Shown here: piece by piece, positions 1 through 10,323 of the stretch
Position numbering within the stretch: position 1 is the first letter of the stretch
Layout of the letters: the number at the start of each line of letters is the position of its first letter
From: Candidatus Bathyarchaeia archaeon
GTDB lineage: Archaea; Thermoproteota; Bathyarchaeia; Bathyarchaeales; Bathycorpusculaceae
NCBI GenBank assembly: GCA_038727135.1
Contig: JAVYWL010000003.1
Location: 64,001 to 128,000 of the forward strand
Length of the DNA: 64,000 nt
Direction: 5' to 3'
The notes under the pieces: generated by a model
The model's input: the letters and a program-made list of their open reading frames with translations, nothing else
The model's database searches: none
What the model was told of the DNA's origin: nothing
Position numbers and translations under genes: made by a program

Positions 1-1045
1 GGGCGGTTGCCGTGTGATTCTTGTCCATAATTAAAGTAATCGGGTTGCCTGTCCATGGTAAGCCATCAACATCCCAATAGCTAAACTTGTAACGAACGCC
101 AGTTAAAATCGGAACAACGTTCGGCGCTGTTAAGGAAACCACCGTGCCTTCATTATACCAACCCTCCCCAGGGATCGCGGCAATGCCAGAAGGTTCAGTT
201 CTGATAGCTAGGTAGTATTTTATAGGCAAAAGTATGTTAAATTGTAACAAAAATGGTGGGCTATAGGGAACGCCCCCATATTTTGGTGGAGCAGTATACA
301 CGGCTACCGAAGCAGTTGCCCTGCCAACAGCAGCCGTTGTTGGGATCTCTGAAGTTATTTTTACCCTATTTTCACCCGGCTGGAAATTTCTTGTTTCCTC
401 TATATGCATGATCGGGTAATTAGCAGAATCTTGAACATCAATTATTATTGTTGCGTTTTTCGCTGTTAGAGCAATATTTTCAGCTATCAAGTCGAAGACT
501 ATCTTTTCTTCCCTTTTAAAGTCTATTTGGGGCTCCAATTGGCTATTCAATGTTCCCGCGTTGGTTATTTTAATAGTCCATCCTACTTGAAAAGTTAACG
601 TGTCCATGACAACTACTCCGGCTATGTCGACTGTTGCCACCACGAACCACGTGCCAAAAATTATTTGTTCGGCGTTCTCGGCAGGCCAAGGAATTCTAAA
701 ATGAAATGAAGCTATTCCATCATTGTTCGTCGCTCCCGCGCCAACTATTGTAATGTTCCAAAAGGCATTTTTCGGGTTATCAATTTGAAACGCGACCAAC
801 ACGTTTGCAACTGGCCATTCATTGTATGTTACGCTGGCGTACAACTCAACAAGTTCTTGCGGTTGAAAGCTGTCGCTAGGATTGTTTATCCCCTTCCCAT
901 CAAACGGTGCCTTGTTAGTGAAAACATCAACTTTTCTTGGATTGCTTGAGCAGAGGCCCGCCTTCATAACCGCTTGTGCAAATGTTGTTAAAAGTATTAT
1001 TGCCACCATAGTTATCGTTAGCCTTCTCCATTTTATCATCGTCAT
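1..1045 (-). CDS. Secreted/surface protein with signal peptide and Ig-like/InlB B-repeat-like domain; runs off the window start
   Basis: Not in the ORF track. Translated by hand from ATG 1045: MTMIKWRRLTITMVAIILLTTFAQA...VDVFTNKAPFDGKGINNPSDSF...EGWYNEGTVVSLTAP...YKFSYWDVDG...ITLIMDKNHTATA; no stop seen in the portions translated. Confidence 0.8.
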   Translation of the reverse strand, partial: MTMIKWRRLTITMVAIILLTTFAQAVMKAGLCSSNPRKVDVFTNKAPFDGKGINNPSDSFQPQELVELYASVTYNEWPVANVLVAFQIDNPKNAFWNITIVGAGATNNDGIASFHFRIPWPAENAEQIIFGTWFVVATVDIAGVVVMDTLTFQVGWTIKITNAGTLNSQLEPQIDFKREEKIVFDLIAENIALTAKNATIIIDVQDSANYPIMHIEETRNFQPGENRVKITSEIPTTAAVGRATASVAVYTAPPKYGGVPYSPPFLLQFNILLPIKYYLAIRTEPSGIAAIPGEGWYNEGTVVSLTAPNVVPILTGVRYKFSYWDVDGLPWTGNPITLIMDKNHTATA

Positions 1046-1253
1046 CAAGCCATTACTAGATGAGATGTTCTTTAACAAATATTCCGTAATCACGAATATT
1101 GCTATAGAAGATGTGTTTTTGAAAGTGCATAACTGCGATTTTTCTTTGAAAATGTTAAAATTTGGATTCTGAATCCTAATTAATTATACATCGGAAGGGG
1201 AAACATCCCTTAAAAACATGTAGCTGCATGGCTATTTTAAAAAGGGTGTTGGG

Positions 1254-1418
1254 ATGAAGCGTAAATTAGTTGTTATAGTTGCGGAATTGGTGGATGAGGC
1301 GGCTAAGGAAAGGGATAACGTTATCAAACAAGAGCTTGCTGAGTGGTTTCGAGAAGATGCTGTTTCAATTCCATGGATAAAGGAACTTAAAAGCATAGCC
1401 ATCCAAGAAGAACGATAA
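1254..1418 (+). CDS. Small hypothetical protein (54 aa)
   Basis: Hand translation MKRKLVVIVAELVDEAAKERDNVIKQELAEWFREDAVSIPWIKELKSIAIQEER*; fills an intergenic gap, G-rich upstream. Confidence 0.55.
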   Translation: MKRKLVVIVAELVDEAAKERDNVIKQELAEWFREDAVSIPWIKELKSIAIQEER

Positions 1419-1497
1419 AAGCGGAGAATAACTGTTTACTCCCTTCTTTTAAAATTCTGGGAAAGATTTATGGATTAGATACATACATTTTGAATGT

Positions 1498-1602
1498 GGG
1501 CCGGTAGTCTAGCTGGCTAACAATGAAAAGAACAGCATGTTGAGGCCTACGGACGTCGCCCTCACGCGGCGAAGGTCACCGGTTCAAATCCGGTCCGGCC
1601 CA
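1498..1602 (+). tRNA. tRNA-Val(CAC) with ~31-nt non-canonical D-arm intron (~1520-1550)
   Basis: Acceptor GGGCCGG/CCGGCCC-A, anticodon arm TCGCC-CTCACGC-GGCGA, T-loop GGTTCAAATCC; extra 31 nt between AGCTGGCTA and GGAC. Confidence 0.9.
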
Positions 1603-1656
1603 CCTTTTATAGAAGCTTTGTTTAAACTTTTATAGCTGATGTTGGCCAATTAACGG

Positions 1657-3051
1657 TTGAAAAGCAAAGTTATGTTGGAGACGGTCTTATTGAGGTTATT
1701 TGGCACTTCGGGCCTAAGAGGTTTAGTTAATGCTGACTTAACTCCATTTTTGGCTGTTAGGGTCGGGATGGCTTTAGGAAAATTCCTTGGGACTGGTAAG
1801 GTTTTTGTGGCAAGGGATACGAGAACTTCCGGCTTGATAATTGAGAATGCTTTGGTTTCGGGTTTGCTGGCCTGTGGAATAGAAGTTTATGGTTTAGGTG
1901 TTTTGCCAACACCTGTTTTGGCTTATTTAACCATGAGGCTTGAAGCTGATGCTGGGTTGATGGTTACGGCTTCTCATAATCCACCTCAATACAACGGGAT
2001 AAAAATTTTCGATGGAAAAGGCATGGCGTATGATGAAAAGCGGCAAGAGATGCTTGAAAAAGTTATTGAAAGTGGGGATTTTAGACTGGCTGAGTGGCGG
2101 AATCTCGGCAGAGTCGAGTATTGCGATGAAAGCCAATTATATGTGGATATGATTTTGAAAAGCCTGAGGCTCGGCAGGAAGTGGCGGGTTGTGATAGACC
2201 CTGGTTGTGGAGCCACAAGCTATATTGCACCAGAAATTTTTAAGGAGTTGGGATGCGAGGTTAAGGCTGTAAATGCTCAACCTGATGGTTTCTTTCCATG
2301 TAGGAGCCCTGAGCCGAACGCTGAATCCTTAAAGCCTTTATCAAAGATTGTTAAAGAGCTTAAAGCCAATGTTGGGATAGCATATGATGGTGACGGAGAT
2401 AGGGTCGCCTTCATAGACGAGAAGGGCAACTTTATGGATTTTGATAGGGTTTTGGCGGCGTATGCGGCTTACGTCTTGAAGAGGCATGGAAGTGGAACTG
2501 TTGTTACAAATGTTGAGGCTTCTATGTGTTTTGAAAAGATGGTTGAGCCTATGGGCGGGAAAGTTATCAGAACAAAGGTTGGAGATGTTTATGTTGCAGA
2601 AACCATAAAAAGGTCTGGGGCAGTTTTTGGCGGTGAACCGTGTGGCGCTTGGATACACCCAAAATACCATTTCTGTCCGGATGGGATTCTTTCATCAGCG
2701 CTTCTTTTGAAGGCTTTGGAAGATGAGAGCAAAAGCCTTTCAGAATTTGTTGCTGACGTCCCAGCATATCCTGTTATTAGAAAGAACGTTAGTTGTAGAA
2801 ACGAGGTGAAGCACGCGGTTGTCAAAAGGACTGAAGGGTTTCTGAAAAAGGCTTTTCCGGATTATAGACAGATTTCAACGGTTGATGGTGTTCGCTTATC
2901 CCTTGAGGATAGCTGGGTTTTGGTTAGGGCTTCTGGCACAGAGCCCCTTATACGGCTGACGGTGGAGGGTGAATCTTTAAAGACCGCTGAGGCAATAATG
3001 GATAGGGCTTTAGCCGCTGTTGAAAGGGCTTTGGAGGATTTGGAAAATTGA
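1657..3051 (+). CDS. glmM: Phosphoglucosamine mutase / phosphohexomutase
   Basis: LFGTSGLRG, TASHNP, DGDGDR and VRASGTEP motifs; overlaps glmU; start may be TTG 1690. Confidence 0.9.
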   Translation: MKSKVMLETVLLRLFGTSGLRGLVNADLTPFLAVRVGMALGKFLGTGKVFVARDTRTSGLIIENALVSGLLACGIEVYGLGVLPTPVLAYLTMRLEADAGLMVTASHNPPQYNGIKIFDGKGMAYDEKRQEMLEKVIESGDFRLAEWRNLGRVEYCDESQLYVDMILKSLRLGRKWRVVIDPGCGATSYIAPEIFKELGCEVKAVNAQPDGFFPCRSPEPNAESLKPLSKIVKELKANVGIAYDGDGDRVAFIDEKGNFMDFDRVLAAYAAYVLKRHGSGTVVTNVEASMCFEKMVEPMGGKVIRTKVGDVYVAETIKRSGAVFGGEPCGAWIHPKYHFCPDGILSSALLLKALEDESKSLSEFVADVPAYPVIRKNVSCRNEVKHAVVKRTEGFLKKAFPDYRQISTVDGVRLSLEDSWVLVRASGTEPLIRLTVEGESLKTAEAIMDRALAAVERALEDLEN

Positions 3052-4325
3052 AGGCTGTTGTCCTTGCAGCAGGTGAGGGCACAAGGCTTCAGCCTATTAC
3101 TTTAACCCGTCCAAAACATCTAATCAGCGTGGGAGGAAAGCCTGTTCTTGAGCATTGTTTAAACGCTGTTAAGGCTTGTGGAATAAGCGAAATAGTAATA
3201 GTTGTGCATTATATGGCTGAAGCTATCCGCAGATATCTTGGTTCTGGAGAAAAATTGGGATTAAAAATTGAGTATGCCTATCAAAAAGGTGTTCTTGGGA
3301 CTGGAAATGCTGCAAGTGTTGCCGAACCATTCGTTGATGGAGACTTCGTACTAATCTATGGTGATTTGCTTTTCACTCCAGAGGCTCTCAAAAAAGTCTT
3401 GGAAATGCACAACCGAAAGAAGCCCTCGGCAACGCTTTCTGTGGTGCCTGTTGAGCACCCAGAGGATTACGGCATAGTCGAGCTTAAAGATGATGGAGCT
3501 GTAAAGCGCATAATCGAAAAGCCCCCTCGAGAAGAGGCGCCTACAAACTTGGCCAATGCCGGGCTATACGTTTTCACTTCTGAAATTTTTGAAAAATTGA
3601 GGAGGGTTTCGGCTTCTTCGAGGGGCGAATTGGAAATAACAGACGCCATTGAGTTTCTCATAAGAGAGGGGAAGCCCGTTTTCGCCGTTGAAATCCCGAG
3701 GGATGAGTGGTTTGATATAGGTAGACCTTGGGATTTGCTGGAGGCTAACCGCTGGGCGCTTACTCGTATGGAACACGGCGTATCTGGAAATGTTGAGGAG
3801 GGCGCCCACATAATTGGACCAGTGACGGTTGCCGAAACCGCCCGCATACGCTCCGGAGCCTACATTGAAGGACCAGCCTACGTAGGCGAAAACAGCGATG
3901 TTGGACCCAACTGTTACATACGTCCATGCACAAGCATAGGCAAAAATGTGCGGATAGGGAATGCTTGCGAAATAAAGAACAGCATAATCATGGATGGAGT
4001 CCACATTGGGCATTTATCTTATGTTGGCGACAGCATAATTGGCGAAAACTGCAACCTGGGCGCTGGAACAATAACTGCTAACTATCGCCTCGACGCTGGA
4101 ACAATAAAAATGATGGTTAAGGACAAGCTTGTGGACTCTGGAAGAACAAAGTTGGGCGCAGTTTTAGGAGATAACGTTAAAACGGGAATAAATGCGCTCC
4201 TAATGCCCGGCGTAAAGGTTGGAAACAACTGTTGGATCGGACCAAACGTCATAGTTTACCGTGACTTGCCGCCAAACACCGCCATATTCCTAAAGCAAAA
4301 CCTAGAAGAGAAGAAGATGGGCTGA
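3048..4325 (+). CDS. glmU: Bifunctional sugar-1-phosphate nucleotidyltransferase/acetyltransferase
   Basis: LAAGEGTRL..T..RPK motif plus C-terminal hexapeptide repeats (HLSYVGDS). Confidence 0.9.
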   Translation: MKAVVLAAGEGTRLQPITLTRPKHLISVGGKPVLEHCLNAVKACGISEIVIVVHYMAEAIRRYLGSGEKLGLKIEYAYQKGVLGTGNAASVAEPFVDGDFVLIYGDLLFTPEALKKVLEMHNRKKPSATLSVVPVEHPEDYGIVELKDDGAVKRIIEKPPREEAPTNLANAGLYVFTSEIFEKLRRVSASSRGELEITDAIEFLIREGKPVFAVEIPRDEWFDIGRPWDLLEANRWALTRMEHGVSGNVEEGAHIIGPVTVAETARIRSGAYIEGPAYVGENSDVGPNCYIRPCTSIGKNVRIGNACEIKNSIIMDGVHIGHLSYVGDSIIGENCNLGAGTITANYRLDAGTIKMMVKDKLVDSGRTKLGAVLGDNVKTGINALLMPGVKVGNNCWIGPNVIVYRDLPPNTAIFLKQNLEEKKMG

Positions 4326-4336
4326 TTTGAAAAACT

Positions 4337-5392
4337 TTAGCTGACCATTATTGCGGTTCCACAGTATTCGCACTGCACAGATGTTTGTCCCTTGTAAATT
4401 TCCTTTGTGTAAGGTGCCCCACAGTGGGGACATCTGATAATCCTTATTGTTGGTGCTTCTTTTGGAGTTATGCCCCTTATTGCCGCTATGTCTCTGTCTG
4501 CCTCGCCGCCTATAATGTATTGGAAGAACCTTGTTATTACGTCTGCCTCCCAACCCTTAACGTCAAAAGGTGTCTCCTCTAATCCACGTTCTGGTTTAAA
4601 GCGGACATAAACGCCCGTCCAAGCAATAAGCCCAACCCTTCCCTTTGAAATTTCTTGAAGAGCTCCTATAGGCTGTTCTATGAGGACCATGCGTTCCGTC
4701 TTCTTTTTTGTCGCTATGAATAGTTTCTTTTCAAGAACGACCTCTTTCTTCCCTTCGAAGATGAACCTTTGGTTTGTGAAGTAAAGGGTTCCTTCGCATT
4801 TATCTTTCGTCATAATTTTTCCTTCAACGGCTAGGACTGGGCTTTCCTCTGGTTTCAATGGGAAAGACGCGTATGAGAAAAGCTCCATGGTTTTTTCTGC
4901 TACTTTTAGGTCTCTGTCTATGGCGTTTATGCTTCCCAAAAACTCGCCGAGTGAGGCGCTGATTTTCGCTGTTTCCATAGATATCCTAGCTCTTAACATG
5001 GAGGCTTCTGTTGAGAGGCGCCCAGCCAAAGACCAACAATAGCCTATGTTTCCACGGTCTATCTCGGCTCTAAGCCTATGCGCATCAGATTGAAGTGTTC
5101 GAATTTGGGCTGTTAGTGGCTGGACATTGCTGTAGAAGCTTTGCTTAATGGTTGGCGATGCTTCCATCCACTTCTTGGTTAAGATTTCAATGCTTTTCTC
5201 CAAATGTCCCATTGCTGCATAACCCCGCCCCCGAACCGTCACGAGTCTGCTTGGCAATGAAGCCATCGAGCTGTCAATCTGGGCTAGTTTGCTTTCAACG
5301 TCGCTTATTGCCGCAGAAGCCCCTGAAAGGTCAGACTCTATCGAGCTAAGCCTCGAGTACAAGGCTTCCCGTTCTCTATCAACTTGAGCCAT
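4337..5392 (-). CDS. Coiled-coil + PH/GRAM-like domain + C-terminal Zn-ribbon protein
   Basis: N-terminal heptads, EGTLYFTNQRFIF, CPHCG...CEYCG. Confidence 0.7.
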   Translation of the reverse strand: MAQVDREREALYSRLSSIESDLSGASAAISDVESKLAQIDSSMASLPSRLVTVRGRGYAAMGHLEKSIEILTKKWMEASPTIKQSFYSNVQPLTAQIRTLQSDAHRLRAEIDRGNIGYCWSLAGRLSTEASMLRARISMETAKISASLGEFLGSINAIDRDLKVAEKTMELFSYASFPLKPEESPVLAVEGKIMTKDKCEGTLYFTNQRFIFEGKKEVVLEKKLFIATKKKTERMVLIEQPIGALQEISKGRVGLIAWTGVYVRFKPERGLEETPFDVKGWEADVITRFFQYIIGGEADRDIAAIRGITPKEAPTIRIIRCPHCGAPYTKEIYKGQTSVQCEYCGTAIMVS

Positions 5393-5497
5393 TACATCTC
5401 GCCAAAAATAATTTGGCTTGATAATCCTAATAATGCTTGTGTGTAGTTAAACCCTAAAATATGTGTTCTTATAAGTGTACGTATAGGAGGATAAGCA

Positions 5498-5920
5498 TTG
5501 TCGGTGGCTCAGAGAAGGTTCTTCACGGAAGTTTCGGCTCTCATAGACAAAACTGTGATCGTTATAACAACGGCTGGCAAAACATACAATGGAACATTAA
5601 TAGGAATTAATCCGGACAATTTAAGTCTGTGCCTAGCGGATGCAAAAGATGAGGAGGGTAAAAAGCTCCATAGAGTTTTTTTGAACGGTAATGTTGTCGC
5701 CCAAATTTTGAGTGTTGAAAAGCCTTTCGATTTGAAGGCTCTGGCTGAACGTCTTGAAAGGGTTTTCCCAACGATGGTTAAGCTTTATGAAGATAAGGGT
5801 TTCATCTGGGTTATGGACAAGGTTAAAGTAACAGAAAAAGGCGTTGTTGAGGGTTCAGGTCCGGCTGCAGAAAGAGTGCAAAAAGTCTATGAACAATTCA
5901 TCAGCGAGACAAGGGGCTAG
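5498..5920 (+). CDS. Lsm/Sm-like RNA-binding protein (SmAP3 type, with C-terminal domain)
   Basis: Sm fold (GKTYNGTLIG...NLSLCLADA...VFLNGNVV) plus Lsm_C-like extension, 140 aa. Confidence 0.85.
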   Translation: MSVAQRRFFTEVSALIDKTVIVITTAGKTYNGTLIGINPDNLSLCLADAKDEEGKKLHRVFLNGNVVAQILSVEKPFDLKALAERLERVFPTMVKLYEDKGFIWVMDKVKVTEKGVVEGSGPAAERVQKVYEQFISETRG

Positions 5921-6666
5921 ACAAACCAGCGGAATTGCTCTTCCCTTTTCTTTTCCTCTTTAACAGTTCTAACCCAGCCGAAAGACTCTAATATCTTCGT
6001 TGTCTTCTCAGCGGCAGCATCAAGCCTTGACAAGTCAACTTTAAGGTTCAAATACTTGTTTAAGGCAGAAAGCGCATAACGAGCCGCATTAGCGTCCGGA
6101 TAAGTACCTAGAGTCTCCACGAGGATCGAGAAACCCCTAAAGCCTCTGAGGCTTCCAAGCCCTATGAGTATGCCAGCCACTCCGAAAATGTTTCCAACCA
6201 TTATTTTTGCGCCCAAGTTTAAGGCTTCTTTTAGGGTTTCTGGGTCAGAGGCTGCACAGTAAATCTCCGGTGTTTCCTTAACTTCTTCCTGTTTGAACCC
6301 TCCGATGGTTATGAGGAAGCGGCATCCCAACTCCTCGGCAATGTCAAGAACTTTCCCGCAAAGTTCATACTGTCCAAAAGTTGTTAGGGCTTGGGTGTTG
6401 CCATACCAAATAATAAGGTCTCGCCCTTCTCCCCTGCTCTTGTGGTAGTATAGCTCGTTTATTGGGGAGCGGGTGCCACCATTTTCTGTTGTTACAGCCA
6501 AGTCTTGGAACGATGCAGAAAAGATTCTTGCAAAGCGTTTTGCTTCGAGCTCATGGATTAAGTGTAATGCCACTATGTTGGCTACAAAGCCTATGCCGGG
6601 CAACCCCTCGATCAGAACGGGATTTTCAAGTTTTGGCCTCTCTTCAATTTGGACAGTTAAAGCCAT
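5917..6666 (-). CDS. PAC2 family proteasome assembly chaperone
   Basis: LIEGLPGIGFVA, ITIGG, GVAGILIG; start placed at MALTVQ (6666). Confidence 0.85.
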   Translation of the reverse strand: MALTVQIEERPKLENPVLIEGLPGIGFVANIVALHLIHELEAKRFARIFSASFQDLAVTTENGGTRSPINELYYHKSRGEGRDLIIWYGNTQALTTFGQYELCGKVLDIAEELGCRFLITIGGFKQEEVKETPEIYCAASDPETLKEALNLGAKIMVGNIFGVAGILIGLGSLRGFRGFSILVETLGTYPDANAARYALSALNKYLNLKVDLSRLDAAAEKTTKILESFGWVRTVKEEKKREEQFRWFV

Positions 6667-6768
6667 TAGATGACTCCTCTTCGCTGGTATTAGAAATGAA
6701 CCTTGCAATATAAGTTTGCGGCTCTACATTTTATAAGCATGTTCAACTGATTTTGTTTAGATTCCAGA

Positions 6769-8394
6769 ATGAGCTTCGAAGTAAAAGAAAGGGACTTGCT
6801 TGCCAGAATTGGGAAACTGCGAACAAAAAGCGGCACTATAGAGACTCCACTCCTTTTCCCCGTTATAAACCCGGCTATACAACCAATTCCGCCTAGAAGA
6901 ATCCGCGAGGATTTCGGCTTCGAAGCTCTAATAACTAACGCCTATATCCTAAAAAGGCGCTTCCAAAACCGGCCAGCCGAAAAGGGCTTGCACAGTTTTC
7001 TAGATTTTAAGGGCGTAATAATGACGGATTCTGGCGCCTACCAAATTTTGGTCTATGGAGATGTGGAAATCACCCCGGAAGAAATTGTAGATTACCAAGA
7101 GCGGATAAACACAGACATAGCCACAATACTTGATTGGCCGACCGGTTGGAGGGTTTCAAGGAAGCATGCGGAGCAAACAGTGAATGAAACGCTGAAAAGG
7201 GCAGCTGAACTTTTCAAGGTTAAAAAGAGGGAAGATATTCTCTGGGTTGGGCCTATTCAAGGCGGACGTTATCTGGATTTGGTAGCGATGTCAGCTTCGG
7301 AGATGGCTAAACTCCCATTCGACATTCACGCTTTAGGAAGCCCAACAGAGGTTATGGAAAACTACCGCTTCGACGTTTTAGTAGACATGATTTTGACAGC
7401 TAAAATGAACTTGCCCATTGAACGCCCCTTCCACCTTTTTGGCGCTGGACACCCCTTCATGTTTTCGTTGGCTGTTGCCCTAGGATGCGACTTTTTTGAC
7501 TCTGCAGCCTATGCCATCTACGCCAGAGAAAACCGTTACATGACAGAAACAGGAACTGTCAGACTTGAAGAGCTTGAGTTTTTCCCATGTGCATGCCCAA
7601 AATGTTCAAGTAAAAGCCCAAAGGATGTGGCTGAACTCCCAAGCAAAGAGAGGCAAGCCTTTATCGCGGAACACAACCTTCACATTTGCTCTGCTGAAAT
7701 TAAGCGGATAAAACAGGCGATAAAAGAAGGTAGACTTTGGGAGCATTTAGAGTTTAGGGCTCATGGGCATCCTGCACTTTTGCAGGCACTAAAAAAATTG
7801 AGAAAATACGAAAAGTTCATCGAAAGGCATAGCCCAACAGTAAAGCGTAGCGGACTTTTCTACTTCGATTCTGCTGGTTTAGTCCGCCCGGAGGTTGTAC
7901 GCCACAGAATAAGGCTTTCTGAGAGATATACTCCTCCAAGAGAAGCTGAAATTCTTATACTGATGCCCCAGACCAGAGCCAAGCCCTACCACAAATCTGA
8001 GGAATACAAAGGGCTGGTGAAAGCTCTTCAAGATTTTCCAAAGGAACGTTTAAATAAACTCCACATCTGTTTTTATGAAGCACCTTTCGGGGTAGTCCCA
8101 CTGGAACTTGATGAAGTTTATCCGCTTTCTCAGCATGAAACAGCTATGCCGCCGGACAAAGAGACCATAGAATATGTGGCTTCGCAAGTGGCGGATTACA
8201 TAAGCAGAACTAGTTACAGAATAGTGCTGTTACTTCGCAATGTTGAAGATTGGGGCGAAACTGTTCTGAAGGCATGCAAAAAGGCGTGTGTAGCCAAAGG
8301 CGTCGCTTTTAAATCTTTTAATATGGATTTTAATATGGATAAAAGATGGGTTAAACCCCTGTTAAACTTTTTAAAGAGAATACGGACAGACTAG
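6769..8394 (+). CDS. tgtA: tRNA-guanine(15) transglycosylase (archaeosine)
   Basis: MTDSGAYQ, HLFGAGHP, DSAAY, CxCxxC Zn site, HNL. Confidence 0.93.
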   Translation: MSFEVKERDLLARIGKLRTKSGTIETPLLFPVINPAIQPIPPRRIREDFGFEALITNAYILKRRFQNRPAEKGLHSFLDFKGVIMTDSGAYQILVYGDVEITPEEIVDYQERINTDIATILDWPTGWRVSRKHAEQTVNETLKRAAELFKVKKREDILWVGPIQGGRYLDLVAMSASEMAKLPFDIHALGSPTEVMENYRFDVLVDMILTAKMNLPIERPFHLFGAGHPFMFSLAVALGCDFFDSAAYAIYARENRYMTETGTVRLEELEFFPCACPKCSSKSPKDVAELPSKERQAFIAEHNLHICSAEIKRIKQAIKEGRLWEHLEFRAHGHPALLQALKKLRKYEKFIERHSPTVKRSGLFYFDSAGLVRPEVVRHRIRLSERYTPPREAEILILMPQTRAKPYHKSEEYKGLVKALQDFPKERLNKLHICFYEAPFGVVPLELDEVYPLSQHETAMPPDKETIEYVASQVADYISRTSYRIVLLLRNVEDWGETVLKACKKACVAKGVAFKSFNMDFNMDKRWVKPLLNFLKRIRTD

Positions 8395-8405
8395 GGCGAA
8401 TAACC

Positions 8406-9011
8406 TTGATTCATGTAGACTTGCACATTCACACGATATTTTCGCCGGACGCTTCAATACACCCAAAAACTATAGTGGAGCAGCTTTTCGCCCACCCCCA
8501 CATAAAAGCGGCAGCAATAACAGACCACAACACTGTTAGAGGATACCACAAAGTGTTGGAGCTGGCTAAAGCTTACCCAGACATCCTCATCATTCCGGGC
8601 GTAGAAGTCAGCACCGTTGGCGGTGACCTTATCCTTTTAGGAGTCGCTGAAGTTCCACCCCAACCATGGACTGTTGAAAATGTCATAGATTTTGCCCATG
8701 AAAGAGGCGGCTTAGTGGTTGCAGCACATCCATATAGAGCCTTTGGTTTGGGCAATTCAGCCAAAAACTACGCGATTGATGCTGTTGAGGTTTTGAATGG
8801 TGGTTGCTCCCGACAACTAAACATGTTAGCCGAAGAATTAGCCAAGGCGATGGCTTTGCCCAGCGTGGCTGGAAGCGACGCCCATAGAGTAGACGAGCTT
8901 TGGACAGTTTACAACGAAATTCAAGCTTCAACAGATTTGGATGAAATTTTAAGGGCTATTAAACGTGGACTTGTTAGGGTAGCCCATACCGAAGAGTCAA
9001 TACATTTTTAA
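8406..9011 (+). CDS. PHP-domain phosphoesterase
   Basis: DLHIHT, ITDHN, AHP, GSDAH motifs. Confidence 0.88.
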   Translation: MIHVDLHIHTIFSPDASIHPKTIVEQLFAHPHIKAAAITDHNTVRGYHKVLELAKAYPDILIIPGVEVSTVGGDLILLGVAEVPPQPWTVENVIDFAHERGGLVVAAHPYRAFGLGNSAKNYAIDAVEVLNGGCSRQLNMLAEELAKAMALPSVAGSDAHRVDELWTVYNEIQASTDLDEILRAIKRGLVRVAHTEESIHF

Positions 9012-9043
9012 AACAGCTGCGCCAATGTTAAGTGCGTTAATGG

Positions 9044-10318
9044 TTGAAAGAGATGAGTCCTCTTCAAATAAAGTTTCTAGGTGCAACCCACGAGGTTGGT
9101 AGGGCAGCCATATCCGTCAAAACAGAAAAAACACAAGTTTTGCTAGACTACGGCGTAATGCTCAACCATGAGCCCGGCTTCCCAATGCATGTTCCACCAA
9201 AAGAAGTGGACGCAATAATTTTGGGACACAGCCACCTAGACCACTCCGGTGCAATCCCCATATTCTTCATTCAGGGGAGGAAAACCGTTTACGCGAATAG
9301 ACTTACAGCAGAGCTTAGCCAACTGCTAATTTCAGACTTCATACACCTTTCAAGCTACTATCTCCCATACGAGTATCTTGAACTAAGAACCATGATGAGG
9401 CACATTAGGCACCTGGATTTCGGCGTGAAAGAAACCGTGGGAGACATAACCTTCGAACTTCACAACGCTGGACACATCCCCGGAAGCGCACAAGTTCTCA
9501 TAGAGGCGGAGGGAAAAAGGGTACTATACACTGGTGACTTCAACTTGACAAATACAAGGCTTTTAGAGGGGGCGAAAATGAACTACGGTGACCTAGACGC
9601 AGTCATAATAGAAAGCACATACGCTGACGAGGATCACCCAGAGCGACCAGAACTCGAAAAGCAATTCGTTGAAGAAGTGACAGAAGTAGTAGAACGGGGC
9701 GGAACAGTTCTCATACCAGCCTTCAGCATTGGAAGATCCCAAGAAATTGCATGCATCCTCGCCGCCCACCATTTTGAGCATCCAGTTTATCTTGATGGGA
9801 TGGCGCGGGAAGCCAGCAGAATGATGATGAATCACATGCAATTCTTGAGGGATCCAAAACTGTTCATGGATGCCATCCACTCGGTCAATTGGGTGGAGGG
9901 CTGGCGGGACCGCAGAAAAGCCACAAAAATGCCTTGCGTAATAATCTCGCCAGCTGGCATGCTTAAGGGCGGTCCTGCAGCATTCTACATATCTAAAATT
10001 GGTAAAAAGGCGAATAACGCAGTTTTCCTCGTGAGCTACCAAATCCCCGGCACGCCTGGAAGAGAACTCCTAGAGAAAGGGGTATGCGTCATCGACGGGA
10101 AAATGCGAAAGGTTAAGGCTACAGTTAAACACTTTGACTTTTCATCCCATTGCGGTGCAAAAGAGCTTAAAGAAGCCGTGAAAAAGATTAACGGTAAGGC
10201 AAAATTCTATGTGATCCACGGCGCCGAGGGAAACTGCGAACTTCTTGCAAAATGGATAGAGAAAGAAGCCGGACTGGAGGCTGTGGCCCCCAGACCAGGA
10301 GACACATTTAAGGTTTAA
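9044..10318 (+). CDS. Beta-CASP metallo-beta-lactamase ribonuclease (aCPSF2-like)
   Basis: HSHLDH, AGHIPGS, YTGD, ESTY, GRSQE, FSSH, HG motifs. Confidence 0.88.
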   Translation: MKEMSPLQIKFLGATHEVGRAAISVKTEKTQVLLDYGVMLNHEPGFPMHVPPKEVDAIILGHSHLDHSGAIPIFFIQGRKTVYANRLTAELSQLLISDFIHLSSYYLPYEYLELRTMMRHIRHLDFGVKETVGDITFELHNAGHIPGSAQVLIEAEGKRVLYTGDFNLTNTRLLEGAKMNYGDLDAVIIESTYADEDHPERPELEKQFVEEVTEVVERGGTVLIPAFSIGRSQEIACILAAHHFEHPVYLDGMAREASRMMMNHMQFLRDPKLFMDAIHSVNWVEGWRDRRKATKMPCVIISPAGMLKGGPAAFYISKIGKKANNAVFLVSYQIPGTPGRELLEKGVCVIDGKMRKVKATVKHFDFSSHCGAKELKEAVKKINGKAKFYVIHGAEGNCELLAKWIEKEAGLEAVAPRPGDTFKV

Positions 10319-10323
10319 AGAAC

